Source of the DNA: Macrostomum lignano
Lineage: Eukaryota
NCBI GenBank assembly: GCA_002269645.1
Contig: NIVC01002188.1
Coordinates: 91,357-155,356 of the forward strand
Length of the DNA: 64,000 nucleotides
Direction of reading: 5' to 3'
Each line of letters starts with the position of its first letter. The stretch's first letter is position 1. A model generated the notes under the pieces. That model did no database searches, was not told where the DNA came from, and saw only the letters and a program-made list of their open reading frames with translations. Of this stretch, positions 30,783 through 43,600 are shown piece by piece. A program made the translations under genes and the position numbers.

Positions 30783-31082
30783 CCCCTGGCTCTTGGTACA
30801 GTACGTGGTCGTCCCTGTTTCTTGGTGGGCACCCCTGTCTCTTGGTGGGCACCCCTGTCTCTTGGTGGGCACCCCTGTCTCTTGGTGGGCGTACCTGGCT
30901 CTTGGTGGGCACCAGTGCAAGGACCACTAGGAACACTAGTAGTCCTTGCACCAGTGTCTCTTGATGGGCGCCCCTGTCTCTTAGTGAGCGCCCCTGGCTC
31001 TCGGTGAGCGCCCCTGGCTCTCGGTGAGCGCCCCTGGCTCTCGGTGGGCGCCCCTGTGTCTCGGTGGGCGCCCCTGTCTCCT
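30783..31082. repeat. 20-bp minisatellite, right part
   Basis: Continuation of the 25960-26357 array. Confidence 0.9.
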
Positions 31083-31469
31083 AGGCCGGTAGATGCCGGA
31101 TCTGCCACGCCCAAGAGGTGACAAAAGTTGAGCTCCTGTCGTCTCCTGCAGGCTGGCAACTGCGCAAAACTTGCACGAAAAAGACAGGAGCTTTTAATAA
31201 GAAACGGTGACCGTTGGCGAACTCTGATTGAGAATAACCAATATTATAATATATTTATATACTACTTTAATCCAACATATAAAGATTAATATATAGGGCA
31301 AAGCTATTTCAATCAAAATTAAACTGAATTAATAATTCAATAGCTGTGCGACATCTGTGACGACAATTTTACAAAATTCACAATAGAAAGCATTATTAAT
31401 TATTAGAGATATGGCCTGACCAGGCAACTGAAACAATGTCCAAGTGTAATCACTTGAAGAAGTGCAATC

Positions 31470-31580
31470 TCTGGCGTGAATTGGGATTTCAGGCGTGAAT
31501 TGGGATCTCAGGTGAATTGGGATATTTCAGGTGAATTGGGATTTCAGGCGTGAATTGGGATTTCAGGTAAATTGGGATTC
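31470..31580. repeat. ~19-bp tandem repeat (gtgaattgggatttcaggc)n
   Basis: About 5 degenerate copies. Confidence 0.8.
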
Positions 31581-32039
31581 CAGTCAATTAGAATTTAATT
31601 CATAATATTGCCTAAAGACACCACCATTTAACAGCAAACCAAACCAGTATAAAGATGATATGAAATTGCAACACTGAATAAGCGCGGTATTGCTGCATTC
31701 AAGATTCGGAATAGCATTGGAGGCCGTTTTAACAAAACACGCGTAGGTAGAATTGACTTATTTTAATAATAGATATAATAACTGTTTACAATAAAAATAA
31801 ACATTTCTTCACAGTATAGTTGAACAGCAGACAGCACAAGGCTACGAGGAAATAAGCAAAACAAAAATTAGTAACCTTGATGATTATGTGTAATAAAAGT
31901 TCAGAACACAAATAAAGTTATCTTGAAATGTCTACAGAAAAAAACATACGACTGTATTAACAAATTGAAGAGTACAAGAGGGAGACTCTGCTGTAAAATT
32001 GACACTTTCATGCGGTCACCAAGTAGTACAATGATATAC

Positions 32040-32265
32040 TGGGATCTGGTGGCCCAGCAACTGAGGATCTGGGAGGCTGGTGGCCCAGCAACTGAGGATC
32101 TGGGAGGCTGGTGGCCCAGCAACTGAGGATCTTGGAGGCTGATAGCCCAGTAACTGAGGAACTGGGAAGCTGGCCCAGCAACTGAGGATCTGGGAGGCTG
32201 GCCCAGCAACTGAGCATCGGGGAGGCTGGCCCAGCAACTGAGGATCTGGGAGGCTGGCCCAGTAA
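32040..32265. repeat. ~28-31-bp tandem repeat (tggcccagcaactgaggatctgggaggc)n
   Basis: About 7-8 copies. Confidence 0.85.
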
Positions 32266-32764
32266 CTGAAAAGGCGCCACCGGAAGCTCCAAAAGTGATA
32301 AACCAAAGAGCAGCAAAATGAAGCCTCATCATAAAAAGACAGTGTACTGAAAAAGACGCACAATATTGGCTACATACTACTAGAATGAATATAGGCGGTA
32401 CACGCGCATCAGCTCATGCAAGCAAAAATCAGGTGCGCCACAACGCGGAAAAAACGGACAAAGGAAATATTGTTTTCTGTTCGTTGTAAGTGGCTTTTAA
32501 CAGACTAATCAATAGCAGAATTTATATCGGCACAGAGTCAGTCGCCGCTGCGCATAAACACGACTCGTACTACTATTAAAAAGTAGCATACACGAACTCT
32601 TAGGAGTTGGCAACATATTCGCAAGGACACGATGAGGATGACGCGAAATTTAATTAAGGAGATCGCAATCACCATTATATAAGCCTCTGACTGAATTCGC
32701 ACATACGCTAGGATATTACTAATAGTAGAGAAACTCTAACATTCTTGGCGGTAGAACTCTCACT

Positions 32765-34550
32765 GACTGTCGCTTTAACTGACTAACTGTCTAATTAACT
32801 AACTCACTAATTAACTGACTAACTCACTAATTAACTGACTAACTCACTAATTAACTGACTAACTCACTAATTAACTGACTAACTCACTAATTAACTGACT
32901 AACTCACTAATTAACTAACTAACTAACTGACTAACTAACTAACTAACTAACTGACTAACTCACTAATTAACTGACTAACTCACTAATTAACTGACTAACT
33001 CATTAATTAACTGACTAACTCACTAATTAACTGACTAACTCACTAATTAACTGACTAACTCACTAATTAACTGACTAACTCACTAATTAACTGACTAACT
33101 CACTAATTAACTGACTAACTCACTAATTAACTGACTAACTCACTAATTAACTGACTAACTCACTAATTAACTGACTAACTCACTAATTAACTGACTAACT
33201 CACTAATTAACTGACTAACTCACTAATTAACTAACTAACTAACTGACTAACTGACTAACTAACTAACTGACTAACTCACTAATTAACTGACTAACTCACT
33301 AATTAACTGACTAACTCATTAATTAACTGACTAACTCACTAATTAACTGACTAACTCACTAATTAACTGACTAACTCACTAATTAACTGACTAACTCACT
33401 AATTAACTGACTAACTCACTAATTAACTGACTAACTCACTAATTAACTGACTAACTCACTAATTAACTGACTAACTCACTAATTAACTGACTAACTCACT
33501 AATTAACTGACTAACTCACTAATTAACTGACTAACTCACTAATTAACTGACTAACTCACTAATTAACTAACTAACTAACTGACTAACTGACTAACTAACT
33601 AACTGACTAACTCACTAATTAACTGACTAACTCACTAATTAACTGACTAACTCACTAATTAACTGACTAACTCACTAATTAACTGACTAACTCACTAATT
33701 AACTGACTAACTCACTAATTAACTGACTAACTCACTAATTAACTGACTAACTCACTAATTAACTGACTAACTCACTAATTAACTGACTAACTCACTAATT
33801 AACTGACTAACTCACTAATTAACTGACTAACTCACTAATTAACTGACTAACTCACTAATTAACTAACTAACTAACTGACTAACTGACTAACTAACTAACT
33901 GACTAACTCACTAATTAACTGACTAACTCACTAATTAACTGACTAACTCACTAATTAACTGACTAACTCACTAATTAACTGACTAACTCACTAATTAACT
34001 GACTAACTCACTAATTAACTGACTAACTCACTAATTAACTGACTAACTCACTAATTAACTGACTAACTCACTAATTAACTGACTAACTCACTAATTAACT
34101 AACTGACTAACTGACTAACTCACTAACTCACTAATTAACTAACTGACTAACTGACTAACTGACTAACTAATTAACTAACTGACTAACTGACTAACTCATT
34201 AATTAACTGACTAACTCATTAATTAACTGACTAACTCACTAATTAACTGACTAACTCACTAATTAACTGACTAACTCACTAATTAACTGACTAACTCACT
34301 AATTAACTAACTGACTAACTGACTAACTGACTAACTCACTAATTAACTGACTAACTCACTAATTAACTGACTAACTCACTAATTAACTGACTAACTCACT
34401 AATTAACTAACTGACTAACTGACTAACTGACTAACTAATTAACTAACTGACTAACTGACTAACTAACTAACTGACTAACTAACTAACTAACTAACTAACT
34501 GACTATCTTACTGACTAACTAACTAACAAATTAATTAATTAACTAACTAA
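32765..34550. repeat. 20-bp G-poor minisatellite (taactgactaactcactaat)n built from AACT-like 4-mers
   Basis: About 1.8-kb near-perfect array downstream of the WDFY2 stop. Confidence 0.97.
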
Positions 34551-34686
34551 CCCCAATTTAGACCCAACCCAGAAATGAAAATTGTCATAGTGATGGTCTT
34601 ACTGCAGTCGGCAGCTTCAACAGCATGATTCCACAACCCAACCAAAGACTGTCAATCAACCAAACGCTTGTAAATCCAAGTCGCAC

Positions 34687-37600
34687 TCAATCCGCACTGG
34701 GCAGCAGCACGGAGGCCAGGTCCCACACCTTCACGGTGCCCTCCTTGCCCAGGCTGAGCAGCCAGCGCCGGGTCTCGCACAGGGCCATCTTCTGAACATC
34801 CTGCTTGGCTTCGAACACAGCGGCCAGGGGTGTCAGATCGTCTGGCGTCACCTCGGCGTGGCAGTCGTCGCAGACCCTAACCGAGTATTCGAAGCCCATC
34901 GGCGGCAGGGCTGTGCGGCGCTGAGAGCAGGCGTCGCACACGGCGGCGCCGCACCGCCTGCAGTGGTGCTGCCTGGTGCCGACTCGCTTGTCCGACCACA
35001 TCTTGCGCAGGTTCCAAAAGAACGGCACGCCGCATTTGGAGCACACGTCCGACTCTGACCAGCTGGGGGTCTCGCGGCGCGGCACCGACATGCACCAGAA
35101 CACCTGGCCGCGGGGAGCAACGGGCGGGGATGTTGGCCTGGCTTCCACGGATATACAGGCCTATATCTATAATTCCCACCAATTTACATCACTAATTCCC
35201 ACCAATTTACATCATTAATTCCCACCAATTTACATCACTAATTCCCACCAATTTACATCACTAATTCCCACCAATTTACATCATTAATTCCCACCAATTT
35301 ACATCACTAATTCCCCCTCAATTTACATCTCTAATTCCCCCTCAATTTACATCTCTAATTCCCCCTCAATTTACATCTCTAATTCCCCCTCAATTTACAT
35401 CATTAATTCCCACCAATTTACATCACTAATTCCCACCAATTTACATCACTAATTCCCACCAATTTACATCATTAATTCCCACCAATTTACATCACTAATT
35501 CCCCCTCAATTTACATCTCTAATTCCCCCTCAATTTACATCTCTAATTCCCCCTCAATTTACATCTCTAATTCCCCCTCAATTTACATCATTAATTCCCC
35601 CTCAATTTACATCACTAATTCCCCTTCAATTTACATCACTAATTCCCCTCAATTTACATCACTAATTCCCCTCAATTTACATCACTAATTCCCCCTCAAT
35701 TTACATAATTAATTCCCCCTCATTTTACGTCACTAATTCCCCCCCTCAATTTACATCATTAATTCCCCCTCAATTTACATCATTAATTCCCCCTCAATTT
35801 ACATCTCTAATTCCCCCTCAATTTACATCATTAATTCCCCCTCAATTTACATCATTAATTCCCCCTCAATTTACATCACTAATTCCCCTTCAATTTACAT
35901 CACTAATTCCCCATCAATTTACATCATTAATTCCCCCTCAATTTACATCACTAATTCCCCCTCAATTTACATCATTAATTCCCCCTCAATTTACATCATT
36001 AATTCCCCCTCAATTTACATCACTAATTCCCCCTCAATTTACATCATTAATTCCCCCTCATTTTACGTCACTAATTCCCCCCCTCAATTTACATCATTAA
36101 TTCCCCCTCAATTTCATCATTAATTCCCCCTCAATTTACATCACTAATTCCCCCTCAATTTACATCATTAATTCCCCCTCAATTTACATCATTAATTCCC
36201 CATCAATTTACATCACTAATTCCCCTTCAATTTACATCACTAATTCCCCTTCAATTTACATCACTAATTCCCCTTCAATTTACATCATTAATTCCCCCTC
36301 AATTTACATCACTAATTCCTCATCAATTTACATCACTGATTCCCCCTCAATTTACATCACTAATTCCCCTTCAATTTACATCACTAATTCCCCATCAATT
36401 TACATCACTAATTCCCCTTCAATTTACATCACTAATTCCCCATCAATTTACATCACTAATTCCCCTTCAATTTACATCACTAATTCCCCCTCAATTTACA
36501 TCACTAATTCCCCTTCAATTTACATCACTAATTCCTCATCAATTTACATCACTAATTCCCCCTCAATTTACATCACTAATTCCCCTTCAATTTACATCAC
36601 TAATTCCCCCTCAATTTACATCACTAATTCCCCTCAATTTACATCATTAATTCCCCCTCATTTACATCACTAATTCCCCCTCAATTTACATCATTAATTC
36701 CCCTCAATTTACATCATTAATTCCCCTCAATTTACATCACTAATTCCCCTCAATTTACATCATTAATTCCCCCTCAATTTACATCATTAATTCCCCTCAA
36801 TTTACATCACTAATTCCCCTCAATTTACATCACTAATTCCCCTCAATTTACATCACTAATTCCTCATCAATTTACATCACTAATTCCCCTCAATTTACAT
36901 CACTAATTCCTCATCAATTTACATCACTAATTCCCCTCAATTTACATCACTAATTCCCCTTCAATTTACATCACTAATTCCCCTCAATTTACATCACTAA
37001 TTCCCCTTCAATTTACATCACTAATTCCCCATCAATTTACATCACTAATTCCCCTTCAATTTACATCACTAATTCCCCCTCAATTTACATCACTAATTCC
37101 CCTTCAATTTACATCACTAATTCCTCATCAATTTACATCACTAATTCCCCCTCAATTTACATCACTAATTCCCCTTCAATTTACATCACTAATTCCCCTT
37201 CAATTTACATCACTAATTCCTCATCAATTTACATCACTAATTCCCCACAAGTTCCACGAGTCAAACTCCGATTCCCCAGACTCTCTACAATCTCAAAACC
37301 CCTACACACCCCAAAGCAGACTACCCCAGACCCCCAGAAGCAGCCAGTCAGTAAGCGCGAACCAAATTGCCATCGGAGCCAGCAGAGATGCACTCCCTGG
37401 ACGTGGCCGCGAACACCAGGCTGTTCACCGAGCCCCGGTGCGCCTGCAGCTCGTAGGCCTTGCCCTCGCCGCCCCCGATGTCCCACATGATGACGGCGTT
37501 GTCCTGAGACGCCGAGTACAGCTGGTTCCTTCTGGCATCCCAAGCCAAGTCTGTCACCGCAGCCGAGTGACCCTTGAGCACGTTGATGAGCTCCAATGAG

Positions 37601-40600
37601 TTCTCGGTGAGGCGGAGAATGGTCACCACGCCCGACTGGTCGGAGAGGAAGGCGTACCTGGGAAGGAGAGAGGTCGGGTGGCAGGGTTGATACTCCAGTG
37701 ACCTCATGATGCTTCAGTGACCTCATGACCTCACGACAATTGACTGCCACAATATGACTGCGGCAATTTGACTGCCAGCAAAATGATGCTCCTAAAGTTT
37801 AGCACTCTGTCACCCTTTTTAAGTCTATGCATGTAAGTGAAATATTGTATTTAGAATGATGCAGAACAGAATACATTACCTTTATAATACAATTAAGAAC
37901 ACAGTTCTAAGGTAAGTCTTTGTTTCATGTAAAAAACATATACCTCAATTTCCAAAGCATGCCTTTATGAACGCGAAAAAAATAAAAAGACTGCAGTATA
38001 TGAAAGTAAGTGCAAAAGTTTTACCGGTTGTGAAGTTTCGCGTTTATGAAAGCAAGTGCTTTGTCGGCAGTCAAATTGTGGCAGTCAATTGTCGTGCACC
38101 CTGCTCCAATGACCCCATGATGCTCCAGTGACCCCATGATGCTCCAATGACCCCATGATGCTCCAGTGACCCCAATGATGCTTCAGTGGCCCCAATGATG
38201 CTCCAGTGACCCCAATGATGCTTCAGTGGCCCCAATGATGCTCCAATGACCCCATGATGCTCCAATGACCCCATGATGCTCCAATGACCCCATGATGCTC
38301 CAGTGACCCCAATGATGCTTCAGTGGCCCCAATGATGCTCCAGTGACCCCAATGATGCTCCAGTGACCCCAATGATGCTTCAGTGGCCCCAATGATGCTT
38401 CAGTGACCCCCATGATGCTTCAGTGGCCCCAATGATGCTCCAATGACCCATGATGCTCCAGTGACCCCAATGATGCTTCAGTGGCCCCAATGATGCTCCA
38501 GTGACCCCAATGATGCTCCAGTGACCCCAATGATGCTTCAGTGGCCCCAATGATGCTTCAGTGGCCCCAATGATGCTTCAGTGACCCCCATGATGCTCCA
38601 ATGACCCCATGATGCTCCAGTGACCCCAATGATGCTTCAGTGGCCCCAATGATGCTCCAGTGACCCCAATGATGCTCCAGTGACCCCAATGATGCTTCAG
38701 TGGCCCCAATGATGCTTCAGTGGCCCCAATGATGCTTCAGTGACCCCCATGATGATTCAGTGGCCCCAATGATGCTTCAGTGACCTCATGATGCTCCAGT
38801 GACCCCAATGATGCTTCAGTGGCCCCAATGATGCTCCAGTGACCCCAATGATGCTCCAGTGACCCCAATGATGCTTCAGTGGCCCCAATGATGCTCCAGT
38901 GACCCCAATGATGCTTCAGTGGCCCCAATGATGCTCCAATGACCCCATGATGCTCCAATGACCCCATGATGCTCCAATGACCCCATGATGCTCCAGTGAC
39001 CCCAATGATGCTTCAGTGGCCCCAATGATGCTCCAGTGACCCCAATGATGCTCCAGTGACCCCAATGATGCTTCAGTGGCCCCAATGATGCTTCAGTGAC
39101 CCCATGATGCTTCAGTGGCCCCAATGATGCTCCAATGACCCCATGATGCTCCAGTGACCCCAATGATGCTTCAGTGGCCCCAATGATGCTCCAGTGACCC
39201 CAATGATGCTCCAGTGACCCCAATGATGCTTCAGTGGCCCCAATGATGCTTCAGTGGCCCCAATGATGCTTCAGTGACCCCCATGATGATTCAGTGGCCC
39301 CAATGATGCTTCAGTGACCTCATGATGCTCCAGTGACCCCAATGATGCTTCAGTGGCCCCAATGATGCTCCAGTGACCCCAATGATGATTCAGTGGCCCC
39401 AATGATGCTTCAGTGACCTCATGATGCTCCAGTGACCCCAATGATGCTCCAGTGACCCCAATGATGCTTCAGTGGCCCCAATAATGCTCCAGTGACCCCA
39501 ATGATGCTTCAGTGGCCCCAATGATGCTTCAGTGACCCCCATGATGATTCAGTGGCCCCAATGATGCTTCAGTGACCTCATGATGCTCCAGTGACCCCAA
39601 TGATGCTTCAGTGGCCCCAATGATGCTCCAGTGACCCCAATGATGCTTCAGTGGCCCCAATGATGCTTCAGTGACCCTCATGATGATTCAGTGGCCCCAA
39701 TGATGCTTCAGTGACCTCATGATGCTCCAGTGACCCCAATGATGCTCCAGTGACCCCAATGATGCTTCAGTGGCCCCAATGATGCTTCAGTGACCCCCAT
39801 GATGCTCCAGTGGCCCCAATGATGCTCCAATGACCCCATGATGCTCCAGTGACCCCAATGATGCTTCAGTGGCCCCAATGATGCTCCAGTGACCCCAATG
39901 ATGCTCCAGTGACCCCAATGATGCTTCAGTGGCCACAATGATGCTTCAGTGGCCCAATGATGCTTCAGTGACCCCCATGATGATTCAGTGGCCCCAATGA
40001 TGCTTCAGTGACCTCATGATGCTCCAGTGACCCCAATGATGCTCCAGTGACCCCAATGATGCTTCAGTGGCCCCAATGATGCTCCAGTGACCCCAATGAT
40101 GCTTCAGTGGCCCCAATGATGCTTCAGTGGCCCCAATGATGCTTCAGTGACCCCATGATGATTCAGTGGCCCCAATGATGCTTCAGTGACCTCATGATGC
40201 TCCAGTGACCCCAATGATGCTCCAGTGACCCCAATGATGCTTCAGTGGCCCCAATGATGCTCCAGTGACCCCAGTGATGCTTCAGTGGCCCCAATGATGC
40301 TTCAGTGGCCCCAATGATGCTTCAGTGACCCCCATGATGATTCAGTGGCCCCAATGATGCTTCAGTGACCTCATGATGCTCCAGTGACCCCAATGATGCT
40401 CCAGTGACCCCAATGATGCTTCAGTGGCCCCAATGATGCTCCAGTGACCCCAATGATGCTTCAGTGGCCCCAATGATGCTTCAGTGACCCCCATGATGAT
40501 TCAGTGGCCCCAATGATGCTTCAGTGACCTCATGATGCTCCAGTGACCCCAATGATGCTCCAGTGACCCCAATGATGCTTCAGTGGCCCCAATGATGCTT

Positions 40601-43600
40601 CAGTGGCCCCAATGATGCTTCAGTGGCCCCAATGATGCTCCAGTGACCCCAATGATGCTCCAGTGACCCCAATGATGCTTCAGTGGCCCCAATGATGCTT
40701 CAGTGACCCCCATGATAATTCAGTGGCCCCAATGATGCTTCAGTGGCCCCAATGATGCTTCAGTGACCCCCATGATGATTCAGTGGCCCCAATGATGCTT
40801 CAGTGACCTCATGATGCTCCAGTGACCCCAATGATGCTCCAGTGACCCCAATGATGCTCCAGTGACCCCAATGATGCTCCAGTGACCCCAATGATGCTTC
40901 AGTGGCCCCAATGATGCTTCAGTGGCCCCAATGATGCTCCAGTGACCCCAATGATGCTTCAGTGGCCCCAATGATGCTTCAGTGGCCCCAATGATGCTCC
41001 AGTGACCCCAATGATGCTTCAGTGGCCCCAATGATGCTCCAGTGACCCCAATGATGCTTCAGTGGCCCCAATGATGCTCTAATGACCCCATGATGCTTTA
41101 ATGACCCCATGATGCTCCAGTGACCCCAATGATGCTTCAGTGGCCCCAATGATGCTTCAGTGGCCCCAATGATGCTTCAGTGGCCCAAATGATGCTTCAG
41201 TGGCCCCAATGATGCTTCAGTGACCTCATGATGCTCCAGTGACCCCAATGATGCTTCAGTGGCCCCAATGATGTTTCAGTGGCCCCAATGATGCTTCAGT
41301 GACCCCATGACGCTTCAGTGACCTCATGATGCTCCAATGAACCCATGATGCTCCAGTGACCCCAATGATGCTTCAGTGCCCCCATGATACTTCAGTGACC
41401 CCATTGATGCTCCAGTGACCCCCATGAAGCTTCAGTGACCCCCATGATACTTCAGTGACCCCATGACGCTTCAGTGACCCCATGACGCTTCAGTGACCTC
41501 ATGATACTTCAGTGGCCCCAATGATGCTTCAGTGACCCCATGATGCTTCAGTGACCCCATGATGCTCCAGTGACCTCACGATGCTTCAGTGACCCCCATG
41601 ATGTTTCAGTGACCCCCATGATGCTTCAGTGACCGTGACCCCCATGATGTTTCAGTGACCCCCATGATGCTTCAGTGACCGTGACCCCCATGATGCTTCA
41701 GTGACCGTGACCCCCATGATGCTTCAGCGATCTCATGATGTTTCAGCCAGTGCCCCACAATCCACCAAGGCTAACCTGGTTGGATGGTCATACTGCAGGG
41801 CTGTGCAAGGCGCCCCAGCCAAGTAGCTGCCGCATCGCCTTCCAGTCTGGACGCTATGCCACACCAGATAGCGGTCCTTGGCGCAGCTAATGACCCACTC
41901 TTGGTGAATAGCGTGAATGCAGGCGGTCACGCGGCCATTGTGAGCCTGATATTCCCGGCGCAATTCAACGCTATTGTAGTCCTCGGCCAGGCTGAATTCG
42001 GACACCAGACCGGAGTCGCAGCCGACAAACAGGCTGCGTGATTCCTCTGAATAGGCCAGACTGCTGCAGGGGCCTGGGAATTATTTTTGAATCCAAAGTT
42101 CGTGACATGACGCTTTGGTCATAGAGAAATGTATTGTGAAAAATAGATATTAAAAAGTGCCTATCCTGGAACCTATTTCTATCTAAAATGCATCTGATTG
42201 GCTACAAGTTAACTGACGTCATCAACCAAATTGTGTTGCTAAAAATAGGCATTTATATGGGTTGATTTCGCACCCCGTGTATAGAACGCCTCTGATTGGC
42301 TGAATTTTTTTGACGTCATTAGCATTAAATTGTGTTGCTAAAAATAGATATTTATGGATCAACTTTATACCCCGTGTATACAAGGCCTATGCTTATCTGC
42401 AATTTATTGACGTCATTAGCACCGAATTTGTGCTGCTAAAAAGACATCCAGGGATTGACCTATATGATTGTACTCGTATGCTACAATTAAAATGATAATG
42501 TTTCGAAAACTATATATGGAAAATAAAAATGGGTATAGCCCAAAATGTCTTTAGTAAAAGTGACATCAATTTGAATTTGAGCAACAAAAAAATCTACAGA
42601 AATCAGCATGCTTCAAAGTTAGAATATCTTTAGAACAAACGAAAGCTTAAATTAGATACACATAAAGCACTTACTAGAAAGAAATTGGCACACACTGGGC
42701 CAGAACTGTCCATTATCGCGGCGAAGTAACACTCGAACTGACCTGCAGTTTTGGAAGATAGTGAAAAAAATCTTATTCTATGCATTTCTGAATGTTATTC
42801 AAACAAAAAGAAAAAATATTAAACCCTGAACACTTTTTTCTTTCAAAAAGTTATTAGACTGATTTGCAGAATACAGTTCTCTTGATTGATCACTCTGTGC
42901 TATAGTATCACTGTGAATTGTGAAGCCATTGAAATATTTGTTCATTAGATTCACCCATGATGGCTAGTTAGTACATAAATGCTTTAGCATGGACTTCTAT
43001 GCGAAAATGTTCACCAATAAGTACATTGGAAATGTCTAACAGGCAATTTATAGTGACTTAAATGATATAACTTGCTAGTAGCTACTAATTAAAAATTATC
43101 TGATATGTTATATTATATTAGATCATACATGCCCAACCTCAAAATTTCACCCGTCCGGTGCAACTTAGTTTTGTCCAGATTTGCAACTTAGTTCCTCCTG
43201 ATTGCGACTTAGTTCCTCCCAATTGCGACTTAGTTCCTCCCAATTGCGACTTAGTTCTCCCAATTGCAACTTATTTTTACTTTGTATATGACTTTTCTTG
43301 TCTTTTTCTCTTTTCTTCTCTTTCTCTTTCTCTCTTCTCTTCCCCTCTCTCTCTTTTCCCTCCTTTCTTTTCTTTTTCTCTTCCTCTCCTTTCTTTCTCA
43401 AATTTTTCGTTTTTCGCATTTTTGATTTTGCGACTTACCTCCCGGCAAAAAATAATTACGCTTTGTGACCGCACTTCGACCGCAGTTGACCGGATTTTGC
43501 GTACCATGCCAAAAAACGGTTCACCTCGACCGTTTTTTGCGGTCAAATTGATGAGGTCAAATTACGTTCGAAATACGGTCAAAAACGGTCGAATTGCGGT

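Noticed and set aside
26398-30930. Many plus-strand ORFs of up to 455 aa overlapping the Ingi-like element
   Set aside because: These are antisense shadows of a very GC-rich coding strand and show no recognisable motifs.
25960-31082. The 20-bp repeats at both ends of the Ingi-like element as LTRs or terminal repeats of the element
   Set aside because: A 15-bp TSD and a (CAA)n tail define the element inside the array, so the repeats are the host target.
32265-32332. Possible first exon with a signal peptide (MMRLHFAALWFITFGASGGAFS), plus candidate downstream exons near 31085-31160 and 24179-24260
   Set aside because: There is no convincing donor, no recognisable domain and no consistent phase chain.
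32765-41735. Regular repeats as possible CRISPR arrays
   Set aside because: The units are head-to-tail with no unique spacers, the context is eukaryotic, and there are no cas genes.
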